Source: Candidatus Daviesbacteria bacterium (lineage in GTDB: Bacteria > Patescibacteriota > Microgenomatia > Daviesbacterales > UBA10151). From it: a DNA stretch of 59,951 nt. The position numbers and the translations under genes are program-made. The notes below the pieces were generated by a model, which was not told the DNA's origin, ran no database searches, and saw only the letters and a program-made list of their open reading frames with translations. Shown one piece after another: positions 9,230 through 19,049 of this stretch. The stretch spans positions 1 to 59,951 of the forward strand of contig DAIDIY010000011.1 of assembly GCA_027451625.1 (NCBI GenBank), written 5' to 3'. The first letter of the stretch is position 1; each line of letters starts with the position of its first letter.

Positions 9230-9879
9230 ATGATGATATAGAGATTATTCCGGCTATACTTCAGACTACAGAAGATGGGTTTGAGTCTAAGGTCAATCAT
9301 CTTAATGGTTATACCGATTTATTTCAGGGCTGGGTCCAAATCGATATCGCTGACGGCATTTTTGTTAAAAATTTTACTATTGATGTAAAAGTAATACAGA
9401 AATATCCGCTAAATTTTAAAAAAGAAGTTCATTTAATGGTAGAAGATCCCAGTAAGTATATCGATGACCTAATACTATCCGGAGTTCAACGGGCAGTCAT
9501 ACATATAGAGTCAAAAAACGTTTCTCAAGCCTTGGATAGAATCTTAAATTCTGGAATAAGAGTTGGACTTAGCCTTAATCCGCAAACACCTGTTGCACTA
9601 GTGACCCCTTTTATTGATAAAATAGATGTATTACAGATAATGTCTGTTTATCCTGGATTTCAGGGAACAAAATTTCTGAGTGGTACTCTGGACAAGATTC
9701 AAGAAGCAGAAAAATTAAGTAATAATAACTTTAGAGTCTCAGTTGATGGCGGTATCGATGATACGAATATCAAAGAGATTGTAAATGCAGGAGCGGATAA
9801 CTTAATAATTGGCTCATATTTAAACGAAAATGTTGAAGAACATCTGGAAAAAATTTGGGAAATTCTCTATAGAAGATAG
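9226..9879 (+). CDS. rpe: ribulose-phosphate 3-epimerase
   Basis: IIPAIL, QIDIADG.FV.N, EVHLMV, MSVYPGFQG, VDGGI. Confidence 0.9.
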   Translation: MNDDIEIIPAILQTTEDGFESKVNHLNGYTDLFQGWVQIDIADGIFVKNFTIDVKVIQKYPLNFKKEVHLMVEDPSKYIDDLILSGVQRAVIHIESKNVSQALDRILNSGIRVGLSLNPQTPVALVTPFIDKIDVLQIMSVYPGFQGTKFLSGTLDKIQEAEKLSNNNFRVSVDGGIDDTNIKEIVNAGADNLIIGSYLNENVEEHLEKIWEILYRR

Positions 9880-10504
9880 CCAGATTCCTGGAAATAAGTT
9901 GATAAATAATGTAGCTATATTTGGTTACTCTGATGCAAGTAAAGAGGGACACTTGTATAAAAGTGTTTTTGAGGTGGGTAAAAAACTTGCTGAAGAGGGG
10001 TATATTGTTATTGATGGTGGAGGACCAGGGGTTATGCGGGCTGCGACTTTGGGAGCAAAATCAGGTGGAGGTAAAACTGTAGGTGTTACTTTACATCCTA
10101 AAGATATGACTCATTTTGAAGGGAAAGATCCTAAAAATGATTTTGATGTAGAAATTAGAACTTCTAACTATATTGAAAGAACTTTGACGATGATGCAGAT
10201 TGGACAAGCCTATGTAGTATTTAATGGTGGAACAGGAACTATTTCTGAATTTGGAATGGCTTGGGGATTAGCTCGATTATATTTTGGACATCATAAACCA
10301 CTAATACTTTATGGAAGATTTTGGAGGAATATAATTAAAGTATTCAGAAAAAATATGCTTCTTAGACCAGAAGAGCTAAGAGTCTTTAAAATTGTTGATT
10401 CGTCAGAAGGAGTTTTAAGGGCGATAAAAGAATTCGATTATGAGCTTACAGAAGGTAAACATCAACATCTAGAAGCTAGTAAAGAAGGAGCGTTTAATAT
10501 TTAA
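9830..10504 (+). CDS. LOG family (lonely guy / nucleotide monophosphate phosphoribohydrolase-like) protein
   Basis: VAIFG, GGGPGVMRAA, YIER, NGGTGTISE (PGGxGTxxE-type motif); start uncertain. Confidence 0.88.
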   Translation: MLKNIWKKFGKFSIEDSQIPGNKLINNVAIFGYSDASKEGHLYKSVFEVGKKLAEEGYIVIDGGGPGVMRAATLGAKSGGGKTVGVTLHPKDMTHFEGKDPKNDFDVEIRTSNYIERTLTMMQIGQAYVVFNGGTGTISEFGMAWGLARLYFGHHKPLILYGRFWRNIIKVFRKNMLLRPEELRVFKIVDSSEGVLRAIKEFDYELTEGKHQHLEASKEGAFNI

Positions 10505-10505
10505 A

Positions 10506-11375
10506 ATGATAGTAAACGATGAAGAGATTTTGAAACTAGAGCTTAAAGCAAATAAGATCCGTCAAGATGTAATTCGGATGTTATCCGAGGCCAAATCTGG
10601 ACATTCGGCAGGTCCATTAGGAATGGCAGACATTATGACTCTCTTGTATTTTTTGGTTCTAAATCACGATCCTAAAAATCCATCTTGGGAAGACCGTGAT
10701 AGGCTTGTATTATCAAACGGTCATATTTGTCCCGTTTTATATGCAGCTTTAGCTAATAGAGGTTATTTCCCGGTCGATGAGTTATTAACTTTACGCAAAC
10801 TTGGTTCGAGGTTGCAAGGTCATCCGCATAGGACTGCTTTACCTGGTTTGGAAACAACTTCAGGTCCATTAGGTTCTGGCTTATCTCAAGCTTGTGGAAT
10901 GGCTAAGGCTGCCTTAATGGATAATGCTTCATGGAGAGTTTATTGTCTGACCTCAGATGGTGAGCATGATGAAGGTAATACTTGGGAAGCAGTGTTATTT
11001 GCATCAAAGTATAAATTACATAATCTAACAGTGATAATGGATCGCAATAATATTCAAATAGATGGTTTTACAGAAGATATAATGCCACTCGGGTCTGTTA
11101 TTGATAAGTATAAATCTTTTGGATGGCACACTTTGGAGGTAGATGGTCATAATTATGAACAATTAATTAATGCTTTTGGTGAAGCAAAAGCAGAATTTGA
11201 GGCACCTACTTTAATAGTAGCTCATACTATTCCTGGAAAAGGTGTGTCGTTTATGGAGAATAAATTTGAGTGGCATGGTAAACCGCCGAATAAAGATGAA
11301 GCAGAACAGGCTTTAAAAGAGCTGGTAGAAATAGAAAAAAAATTAAAATCTAATTCAGAAGTTGTATTTAGTTAA
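10506..11375 (+). CDS. transketolase, N-terminal (TPP-binding) subunit
   Basis: SGHSAG, DRLVLSNGH, LQGHP, SDGEHDEG...DRN, WHGK. Confidence 0.95.
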   Translation: MIVNDEEILKLELKANKIRQDVIRMLSEAKSGHSAGPLGMADIMTLLYFLVLNHDPKNPSWEDRDRLVLSNGHICPVLYAALANRGYFPVDELLTLRKLGSRLQGHPHRTALPGLETTSGPLGSGLSQACGMAKAALMDNASWRVYCLTSDGEHDEGNTWEAVLFASKYKLHNLTVIMDRNNIQIDGFTEDIMPLGSVIDKYKSFGWHTLEVDGHNYEQLINAFGEAKAEFEAPTLIVAHTIPGKGVSFMENKFEWHGKPPNKDEAEQALKELVEIEKKLKSNSEVVFS

Positions 11376-12371
11376 ATGATTAATTCTAATTTATATTTAA
11401 ATCCAAAATTATTTACTGATGATTTGGAACAAGTTCCATCTAGAAATGGATATGGAGAAGGATTAGTTTTGGCAGGGGAGATGTATCCTAACGTAGTAGC
11501 TCTTTGTGCTGACCTTACAGAATCGACAAGAACTGAGGAATTTAAAAAAAGATATCCAGATAGGTTTATCGAAATAGGAGTAGCAGAACAAAATTTAGTT
11601 ACAGTAGCTTCAGGAATGGCAGCAGTAGGTAAAATTCCTTTTACTACCTCTTATGCAACCTTTTCTCCAGGAAGAAACTTGGAGCAAATAAGGACAACTA
11701 TATGTTACAATGACCAGCCTGTTAAGATTATAGGATCACATGCTGGTATTTCAGTTGGCCCGGATGGAGCAACGCATCAAGCGCTGGAAGACATTGCAAT
11801 TATGAGAGCACTTCCAAATATGGTGGTTATTTCGCCTGTTGATTCTCTACAAGCTAAAAAAGCAACCTTGGCAATAGCATCCCTACCGAAACCTTGTTAT
11901 TTGAGACTTTCTAGAGAAAAAGTACCAGTTATTACAACAGAGCAAACTCCGTTTGAGATAGGCAAGGGTCAGATTTTTTGGGAGGGTAAAGATGCTACAA
12001 TTATTTCAACAGGGCAGATGGTTTATAGAGCGCTGGAAGCAGCTAGAGAGTTAGAGAAGAATAATATAAGTGTTCGAGTAATAAACATACACACAATTAA
12101 ACCAATAGATCAGCTTATTATTATAAAGGCTGCTGAGGAAACAGGTGCAATAGTAACTGTTGAGGAACATCAAATAAATGGTGGATTGGGTGGAGCTGTA
12201 GCTGAAGTGGTAGGACAAAATTATCCTGTTCCTCTGAAAATTATTGGCATAAATGACAGATTTGGTGAATCGGGTGAGCCGAATGAACTTCTGGATAAAT
12301 TCGGTTTAAGAGTTGAAGAGATAATAAAAGGCGTAACTTATGTTTTGAGAATGAAAAATCATCCGGACTAA
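11376..12371 (+). CDS. transketolase, C-terminal subunit
   Basis: IGVAEQNL, GPDGATHQALED, EEHQINGGLG. Confidence 0.95.
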   Translation: MINSNLYLNPKLFTDDLEQVPSRNGYGEGLVLAGEMYPNVVALCADLTESTRTEEFKKRYPDRFIEIGVAEQNLVTVASGMAAVGKIPFTTSYATFSPGRNLEQIRTTICYNDQPVKIIGSHAGISVGPDGATHQALEDIAIMRALPNMVVISPVDSLQAKKATLAIASLPKPCYLRLSREKVPVITTEQTPFEIGKGQIFWEGKDATIISTGQMVYRALEAARELEKNNISVRVINIHTIKPIDQLIIIKAAEETGAIVTVEEHQINGGLGGAVAEVVGQNYPVPLKIIGINDRFGESGEPNELLDKFGLRVEEIIKGVTYVLRMKNHPD

Positions 12372-12372
12372 T

Positions 12373-13584
12373 ATGGAAAAGACTAAGGTTGTGGTTGCAG
12401 GAGCTGGATTCGGGGGTGTAAGTGCAGCATCCAAAATATCACAAATAATCCCAGATGTTGACTTGACAATAATTAATAATGTTGACTTTCATGAATATCA
12501 TCCAGATCTTTATGAGTTAGTTGGTATTAGTCGAGGGATTGATGATATAAAGTTTTCTTCGGTATTAAAATCTCTAACTGATATTCCATTAAAAAAAATT
12601 TTTCCTCAAAAGGTAAGTTTAATCAAGGCGATAGTTCGTGAAGTAAATATGGAGAAAAAATTTATTCTAGCTGAGGGGAGAGAATATAAATACGATTTTT
12701 TGGTTTTAAGTCTTGGTAGTGAGACTTTTTATTATGGAATACCTGGGGCTAAAGAATTCAGTTTACCTCTTAAAACAAGTACTGATGCATTAAAGATAAG
12801 AGATGAAATTACTCGTCTTATCAAAACTAAAGATAATGATATTAAAATAATTATTGCTGGAGGAGGATTTACAGGGGTTGAACTGGCTGGATCGATTGCT
12901 TCATTTATAAGAAAGAAGAAAAGAAAGAGTTATAAAATATCTTTATCTATAGTTGAAGGATCAAATAATGTTTTACCAGGAACTGCGGAGCAGGTAAGGC
13001 AAGGAATTCAAAAACAATTACAAAATTTGGGAGTAGGGCTGGTATTTAATTCATTTATTGCGAGAGTTGAGAAAGATAAAGTTGTAACTCAAGAGGGTCT
13101 GGAGATTCCATTTGATCTTTTAATCTGGACTACAGGTATAGAAGGTGAAGGAGTAAAGAAGATTGTTGGAGAAAAAGAAACCAAAAAACAAAAAATTGAA
13201 GTTAATCCAGACTTATCAACAATAGATTTTCCGGAAGTTTTTGTGGTTGGAGATATGGCTGATATCAAAAATGGAGATGGGAGAAGTATACCAGCTACGG
13301 CATGGGCAGCGATTGGTGAAGGCGAAATTGCGGCAGAAAACATAAAGAGACGAATAGAAGGAAAGAAGCCAATTTTATATCATCCAAACGAACCGATCTT
13401 TGTAGTGCCTTGTGGACCATTTTTTGCCTTGGCGATTTTTGGTTCATTTTTAGTATCAGGTATCCTAGGATGGATTATCAAACGTGGGGTAGCGCTTAAA
13501 TATTTCTGGTCTGTGCTTTCACCTACGGAGGCAATAAAGGTTTGGATTTTAGGATTTTGGGTGTATTTCATGAATGATTTATAG
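12373..13584 (+). CDS. NAD(P)/FAD-dependent oxidoreductase, type II NADH dehydrogenase-like
   Basis: GAGFGG, YDFLVLSLGS, GGGFTGVELAG, VFVVGD, hydrophobic C-terminus. Confidence 0.85.
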   Translation: MEKTKVVVAGAGFGGVSAASKISQIIPDVDLTIINNVDFHEYHPDLYELVGISRGIDDIKFSSVLKSLTDIPLKKIFPQKVSLIKAIVREVNMEKKFILAEGREYKYDFLVLSLGSETFYYGIPGAKEFSLPLKTSTDALKIRDEITRLIKTKDNDIKIIIAGGGFTGVELAGSIASFIRKKKRKSYKISLSIVEGSNNVLPGTAEQVRQGIQKQLQNLGVGLVFNSFIARVEKDKVVTQEGLEIPFDLLIWTTGIEGEGVKKIVGEKETKKQKIEVNPDLSTIDFPEVFVVGDMADIKNGDGRSIPATAWAAIGEGEIAAENIKRRIEGKKPILYHPNEPIFVVPCGPFFALAIFGSFLVSGILGWIIKRGVALKYFWSVLSPTEAIKVWILGFWVYFMNDL

Positions 13585-13598
13585 ATTATAAATAAGGT

Positions 13599-14579
13599 AT
13601 GCTTGATTTAATTTCTATCGGTGACTCGACTGTCGATAATCTTTTTAAGATTCATGATGCTCATTTAGCGTTTTCTATAAATAAAGAAGAACGTGAGTTG
13701 TGTTTGCGTTATGCAGATAAGATTGCGGCTGATGAGTATTTTCAAGTTCTAGGAGGAAATAATACAAATCACGTGATAGGATCTTCTAGATTAGGATTAA
13801 AAACAGCTATTTATACTAATGTCGGATCTGATGGAGGAGGTGGAAGGATTATAGAAGCACTTAAAGAAGAGAATGTAGATACTCGATATGTTAAAAAAAA
13901 TTCAAATATGTCATCTAACGCCTCGGCCGTGGTCAGCTATAAAGGAGAAAGAACAATATTTGTCTACCATCAGAGCTGGGATTATGATTTACCTGATTTA
14001 GATAATACGCATTGGATATTTTTAAGCTCAATGTCTGAGTCGTTTACTAAAACTAATATAATTGATCAAATTACTCGTTATCTGGAGCGAACTGGAGCAA
14101 GATTATCATACAATCCAGGCACTTTTCAGCTCAAGTATGGTGTAAAAAAATATCCTAAAATTTTGACTTTAACCACTTTACTGATCGTTAATATAACTGA
14201 AGCTTGTACTATCTTAAATTTAAGAAAAAAAGAAGTAGATGTTAAACAACTTCTTTATGGGTTATTAAGGCTAGGACCTGCCAATGTGATTATTACTGAT
14301 TCTAACAAAGGATCGTACGGTTTTAACGGTAGAAAGTATTATAAGATGCCGATATTTCCTGCTACTTTAGTAGAAATGACAGGAGCTGGAGATGCTTACG
14401 GTTCTGCTGCGACTGCTGCTTTGTTTTATGGTAAAGATCTAGCAGAAGCTATGAGATGGGGAGCTGCAAATAGCGCTTCTGTAGTTGAACATATAGGACC
14501 TCAATCAGGACTTTTAACTTATGATACAATGTTATCATCTCTGAAGAGAAATCGTAAAATAGTTTCAGCAGAGTTTTAA
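13599..14579 (+). CDS. PfkB/ribokinase-family carbohydrate kinase
   Basis: GGNNTNH...SRLG and EMTGAGDAYG signatures. Confidence 0.9.
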   Translation: MLDLISIGDSTVDNLFKIHDAHLAFSINKEERELCLRYADKIAADEYFQVLGGNNTNHVIGSSRLGLKTAIYTNVGSDGGGGRIIEALKEENVDTRYVKKNSNMSSNASAVVSYKGERTIFVYHQSWDYDLPDLDNTHWIFLSSMSESFTKTNIIDQITRYLERTGARLSYNPGTFQLKYGVKKYPKILTLTTLLIVNITEACTILNLRKKEVDVKQLLYGLLRLGPANVIITDSNKGSYGFNGRKYYKMPIFPATLVEMTGAGDAYGSAATAALFYGKDLAEAMRWGAANSASVVEHIGPQSGLLTYDTMLSSLKRNRKIVSAEF

Positions 14580-14599
14580 ATTGTTATAATTTTAGGATT

Positions 14600-15442
14600 A
14601 TGGTTGATAAAAAATTAGAAATATTTACTAAAAATGAGAAGTTCTTGATGTTAGCTTTAGATCATAGAGAAAGCTTCATGAAATTTTTAAATCCTTCAGA
14701 TCCAAATTCGGTTACCAAAGAATCGGCGATCAGTGCCAAAAGAGAGATAATTGAGTCTTTGCAGGATAGCTTTAGTGGATTATTAGTAGATAAAGAGTAT
14801 GGATTACCGGCTTATCAATTTCATACAAAACCTTATCTTTTACCTATTGAAAAATCTGGTTATACAGAAGATTTAGGTGAACGGATTACAGAGCTGGAGG
14901 TTAGTGCTTCTGATTTGAAAGAATTGGGAGCAGGTGGAGTGAAACTCCTTTTATATTTTAATCCTGATGTTCCCTCGTCATCATCTCAGATAGAGACTGC
15001 AAAAAAAGTTCTAGAAGAATCAAGATTGGTAGGTTTACCTTTATTTTTAGAGATTAGAGTATATCGGGCAGATAGCGGTGATGATCTCAAAGGTCAAGAA
15101 GAAGATTTAGTGCTAAGATCTCTTAAGATGCTTTATGATAATCAAGTTGTTCCCAGTGTTTGGAAATTAGAATTTCCGGGTAGTAAAGAGGGATGTCAGA
15201 AAATTACTGAGTTAGTCGGAGAAACTCCATGGATACTTCTGACTAAAGGGTCAACTTTTGATATTTTTTGTACTGAGCTAAGAGAGGCAACTGAATCAGG
15301 AGCATCAGGATTTTTGGCGGGTAGAGCATTATGGCAAGACCTGTTTTCTACTCATGAAGATAAGAATCAATTCTTAAAACAAACTCTTCCTGAAAGATTC
15401 AACATAATATCGAATATTGCTTTATCGGTCTCTATTAGTTAA
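14600..15442 (+). CDS. class I aldolase of the LacD (tagatose-1,6-bisphosphate aldolase)/YihT family
   Basis: MLALDHRES, VKLLLYF, LFLE, VWKLEFP, WILLT, GFLAGRALW. Confidence 0.85.
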   Translation: MVDKKLEIFTKNEKFLMLALDHRESFMKFLNPSDPNSVTKESAISAKREIIESLQDSFSGLLVDKEYGLPAYQFHTKPYLLPIEKSGYTEDLGERITELEVSASDLKELGAGGVKLLLYFNPDVPSSSSQIETAKKVLEESRLVGLPLFLEIRVYRADSGDDLKGQEEDLVLRSLKMLYDNQVVPSVWKLEFPGSKEGCQKITELVGETPWILLTKGSTFDIFCTELREATESGASGFLAGRALWQDLFSTHEDKNQFLKQTLPERFNIISNIALSVSIS

Positions 15443-17064
15443 GTTGAGTGTACTAAGTGTTCTAAAGAATAATCCATCTGAGAGTCAGCCTTTTTATGGG
15501 GGTTAAATATATCCTCTGGGTCGAAAATCTTTTTGACCTCTTTAAATAGTTTAAAAATTTTCTCTCCATACATTTGAGAAAGGAAAGGTCCTCTGATTAG
15601 ACCATCATTATGTTCTGCAGTCATTGAACCTTTATACGAAAATACTAGATCATATACTTTGCGAGATAGTTCAGGAATAATCTTTTGATTCCTTGTTTCA
15701 CTCATATTCATCAAAGGAATGATATGGAAATTTCCGTCACCAATATGTCCTGCTATGGTATAAATCATTGGATATCCTTCGAGTAGCTTGTTTAACTTAG
15801 GTAGAAATTCTGGCAGAAATTCAGGTTTAACAATTAAATCATCAATAAACGGTGCAGTCCTTTTTCCATGTATATGCTTCCTTAATAAATTAAAGCTCTC
15901 ACGTCTTATGACCCAATATTTTCTAGATTCTTGTTCAGTCTGGGTAATGCGAGCTTTAAGATGAAATTGAGAGATGCCAGAGAGAGCTTGATGTGCTTTT
16001 TGATCGATCTCTTCTTCACTGTCTCCAGTAAATTCAGCCATTAGAATAAGTTTAGGAAATCCACCAGATATAGTCATTAATATCTCCGGTACAAATTGCC
16101 AAGCCAACGATAGTAGGTTTTTAGGTTTAATAGACTTTACTATTTCAGGAAAATAGCGAATGGCTAGTTTTAGTGTATGATCGTCGTATGATTCAAAACT
16201 CTCAGGCTTAAATTGAAGAACAGTATCTGTAATTTCACCTAAATTTCCCAAATTATTTAAAAATATGACCAGAAGTTTCGAGTGCTTCTTGGGGATTATT
16301 AGTCTGTATTTTATTTTAGTAATTATTCCAAGTGTTCCTTGAGATCCACAAATCAGTTTTGGGAGATTGAAGATTTTACCATCCCAAACATTCCATAAGA
16401 AATATCCTGCTGAGTTTTTGGAGACATCTGGTTTTGCTGCTACAATCTCGTCATAATTTTTAGTAATTAATTCATATAGAGATTTATAAAGTTCACCCTC
16501 AAAATTTTTAAGCTTCATTTTTTCCTCAAGTTGTGTTTTGTTTAATGGTTTAATTTGATATTCATTACCATCCGCTAAAATCATATTAAGCTCTTCTATA
16601 TAGTCTTCTGTCTTTCCATATGTTAATGTTTTTTCACCGCCGGAGTTATTGGCAGCCATTCCTCCGACAGTACATAATTCGCGAGAAGCTGGATAAGATG
16701 GAAGAAGCAGATTGTGTTTTAGAGTTTCTTTCTCAAAATCTCGATAATATACTCCTGGTTCAGTTACAGCAAAGTCGTTTCCGATCTCTAAAATATGATT
16801 GAAATATTTTGTAAACTCTAAAATAATCCCGTCATTAAGCGGTCCTCCCGTCATATCAGTGCCAGCTGAACGGGCTGTGAGAGATATTTTATTCTCAGAA
16901 GCGAACTTAACTAGTTTCTTAACATCTTCAATATTTTTTGGATAAACAACGATTTGAGGTTTAACCTTAAATAGAGAAGCATCTATACTAAAACTATCTA
17001 TAGTGTTTGTATCATCAAAGACTTCTCCATCAATAAGATTTGTAAGCTGCGCTTTAAGATCCAT
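15439..17064 (-). CDS. FAD-linked oxidoreductase (GlcD/D-2-hydroxyacid dehydrogenase family)
   Basis: ARSAGTDMTG, CTVGGMAANNSGG, GSQGTLG, GHIGDGNFH, AEHNDG, FDPEDIFNP. Confidence 0.88.
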   Translation of the reverse strand: MDLKAQLTNLIDGEVFDDTNTIDSFSIDASLFKVKPQIVVYPKNIEDVKKLVKFASENKISLTARSAGTDMTGGPLNDGIILEFTKYFNHILEIGNDFAVTEPGVYYRDFEKETLKHNLLLPSYPASRELCTVGGMAANNSGGEKTLTYGKTEDYIEELNMILADGNEYQIKPLNKTQLEEKMKLKNFEGELYKSLYELITKNYDEIVAAKPDVSKNSAGYFLWNVWDGKIFNLPKLICGSQGTLGIITKIKYRLIIPKKHSKLLVIFLNNLGNLGEITDTVLQFKPESFESYDDHTLKLAIRYFPEIVKSIKPKNLLSLAWQFVPEILMTISGGFPKLILMAEFTGDSEEEIDQKAHQALSGISQFHLKARITQTEQESRKYWVIRRESFNLLRKHIHGKRTAPFIDDLIVKPEFLPEFLPKLNKLLEGYPMIYTIAGHIGDGNFHIIPLMNMSETRNQKIIPELSRKVYDLVFSYKGSMTAEHNDGLIRGPFLSQMYGEKIFKLFKEVKKIFDPEDIFNPHKKADSQMDYSLEHLVHST

Positions 17065-17131
17065 AAAATTATAATAGCACTTGATATTTAAAAAACAACA
17101 CTTCTAACTTATTTTTATATACGGAACAATT

Positions 17132-17857
17132 TTAATTGTGGATTACTACTTTGGTACCTGGATTTTGGGGAGTAGCTCTGACAACCAATTGGCCCGGCGC
17201 AAGTTTAGGACCTGTCCAATCGTAAAGCCAGGCAGCATCTACAATTGGAGTATTAACACATCCATGACTCATAGGTTCTCCAAAATTATTGTGCCAGTAG
17301 GCTCCATGAATAGCATATCCTTCATAAAAGAACATATTATATGGAACATTAGGTAAATCGTAAAAAGTTCCTAAGCTAGCATCTCCACCAATCATCCTTT
17401 GGCTTCGTGTTTTATACCAAATAGTAAATGTTCCGGTTGGAGTAGGACCCCACCTACCGCTTGAGATTGGGATTTCCATCAATAATTTATTCCCATCCCA
17501 AGCTCTTAATCTTTGTTCTGAAAGAGATACCTCAATCCATTTGCTGGATGAACTAGTATTAGCTTCAGTGCTCGCACCTAAAACATTGTTTTCAAGATCA
17601 CTTTGAAAACTTTGAGCGAGGGATGTTTTTGGATAATCTATGATTTGATCATTAAAAATAGCTTGATTTGCATTTTCATCAAATTGACCAGTAGCTTTTA
17701 AAATATCTGAAACTTGGCAACAGAATTTATTACTCTCTGGGGAGAGATTTAAAGAATAAACAACCCAGCGTTTGAATGGCAGATAAGCAAAAAAAGCAAC
17801 AACAAAAATAGCCATTAAAACAATGGGAGGGAGCAGAAATTTGAGCATTGATTCCAT
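17132..17857 (-). CDS. L,D-transpeptidase (YkuD family), membrane-anchored
   Basis: IEVSLSEQRL, TPTG, AIHGAYWH...SHGCVN catalytic motif; start ATG 17857 preferred. Confidence 0.92.
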   Translation of the reverse strand: MESMLKFLLPPIVLMAIFVVAFFAYLPFKRWVVYSLNLSPESNKFCCQVSDILKATGQFDENANQAIFNDQIIDYPKTSLAQSFQSDLENNVLGASTEANTSSSSKWIEVSLSEQRLRAWDGNKLLMEIPISSGRWGPTPTGTFTIWYKTRSQRMIGGDASLGTFYDLPNVPYNMFFYEGYAIHGAYWHNNFGEPMSHGCVNTPIVDAAWLYDWTGPKLAPGQLVVRATPQNPGTKVVIHN

Positions 17858-17915
17858 TGTTAGATCTTCACCATTTAATGTCAAGTAGGTGGTAAAATAC
17901 AATTTGTTGAAAATA

Positions 17916-19046
17916 ATGTCATTTATCAAAAGAATTAATTTTTCTAAGAGACACTGGTTTCTAAAGTTTCTGTTTGTATTTTTGGTCCTTGGATTTTTAT
18001 GGATCTTTATCGCCTATTTTGTGCCTAAGATATTATCCCCGAAATACGTTGCGAACTCTTTAATTTGGGGAGTTATATATAGAAATGAAGACTGGAGTGG
18101 AGAGGTAAATATAGTTGGAGATGTATGGGCCTTACCTGGAACAGCAGTGAGAATAGAACCAGGAACAAAGATTATCATCAATTCAAGTGGAGATAGATTT
18201 AATCTTAACTGGCTGCCATGGATGTTAAGAAGTGGTATTAATACAGGTCATAATAGTTTTGGAGTAAAAACTGGAGAACCTTTTTGGGATGAACAACAAA
18301 AGATAGATGTTAGACTATCAAAAGTCTTTGCAGTTGGAAGTCGGGACTTACCAATTATTATTGAGTCTGAGACTCTACGACCAGGTAGCCCTTATGATAT
18401 TAATGTGATCTCAATTGATAGTGGAGTATTAAACTTTTTAAAAGCTTCTAACTACCGACGGCTTGAAATAGGAGATCAAGTTAGCATTGAAGGCAGTACT
18501 TTTTCTAATACAGGAGAATGCGCTATTTGTATTGAGTATGGTAGTCCTACAGTTGCAAATAATACTTTCTATAACAGCTTAAGAGAAGCAATTTGGATTT
18601 TTGAGGGAAGTCCGCGGATAACAGATAATTTATTCTCAGAATCTTCCGGATCTGGTGTAGTAGTTAATCCTCATCGTTTTGGAGCTCCAGTCATTTTCCA
18701 TAATGATTTTGAAATGCCCAAAAATATTGCTTTGGAATTTTTAACTGGAGGGGAAGATGCAAGTAGCTTAGTATCTTCTAATATTTTTTCAGGTGGTTCG
18801 ATAATTTCTATTCCCTGCGATACTAAAATTGATTTGACCAAAAATTCAATATTGGGAATAATTCAGTTTAATCATTTTGGTTGTATAGGACATTTAACCT
18901 TTGGTCCAAATTGGTGGGGAACAACTAATAGAAGATCAATTATAAATGAAAAAATTACGAATAGAGGAAAATACTTCAATATAGAGATTCCCTCTATTCT
19001 GGTTGCTCCATCAAAGAGAGTAGGGAGAAGATTAAATCAGAATTAG
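17916..19046 (+). CDS. membrane-anchored right-handed beta-helix repeat protein
   Basis: N-terminal TM; WSGEVNIVGDV..IEPGTKI; repeated GSP.I.NN.F; NWWG. Confidence 0.75.
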   Translation: MSFIKRINFSKRHWFLKFLFVFLVLGFLWIFIAYFVPKILSPKYVANSLIWGVIYRNEDWSGEVNIVGDVWALPGTAVRIEPGTKIIINSSGDRFNLNWLPWMLRSGINTGHNSFGVKTGEPFWDEQQKIDVRLSKVFAVGSRDLPIIIESETLRPGSPYDINVISIDSGVLNFLKASNYRRLEIGDQVSIEGSTFSNTGECAICIEYGSPTVANNTFYNSLREAIWIFEGSPRITDNLFSESSGSGVVVNPHRFGAPVIFHNDFEMPKNIALEFLTGGEDASSLVSSNIFSGGSIISIPCDTKIDLTKNSILGIIQFNHFGCIGHLTFGPNWWGTTNRRSIINEKITNRGKYFNIEIPSILVAPSKRVGRRLNQN

Positions 19047-19049
19047 ATT

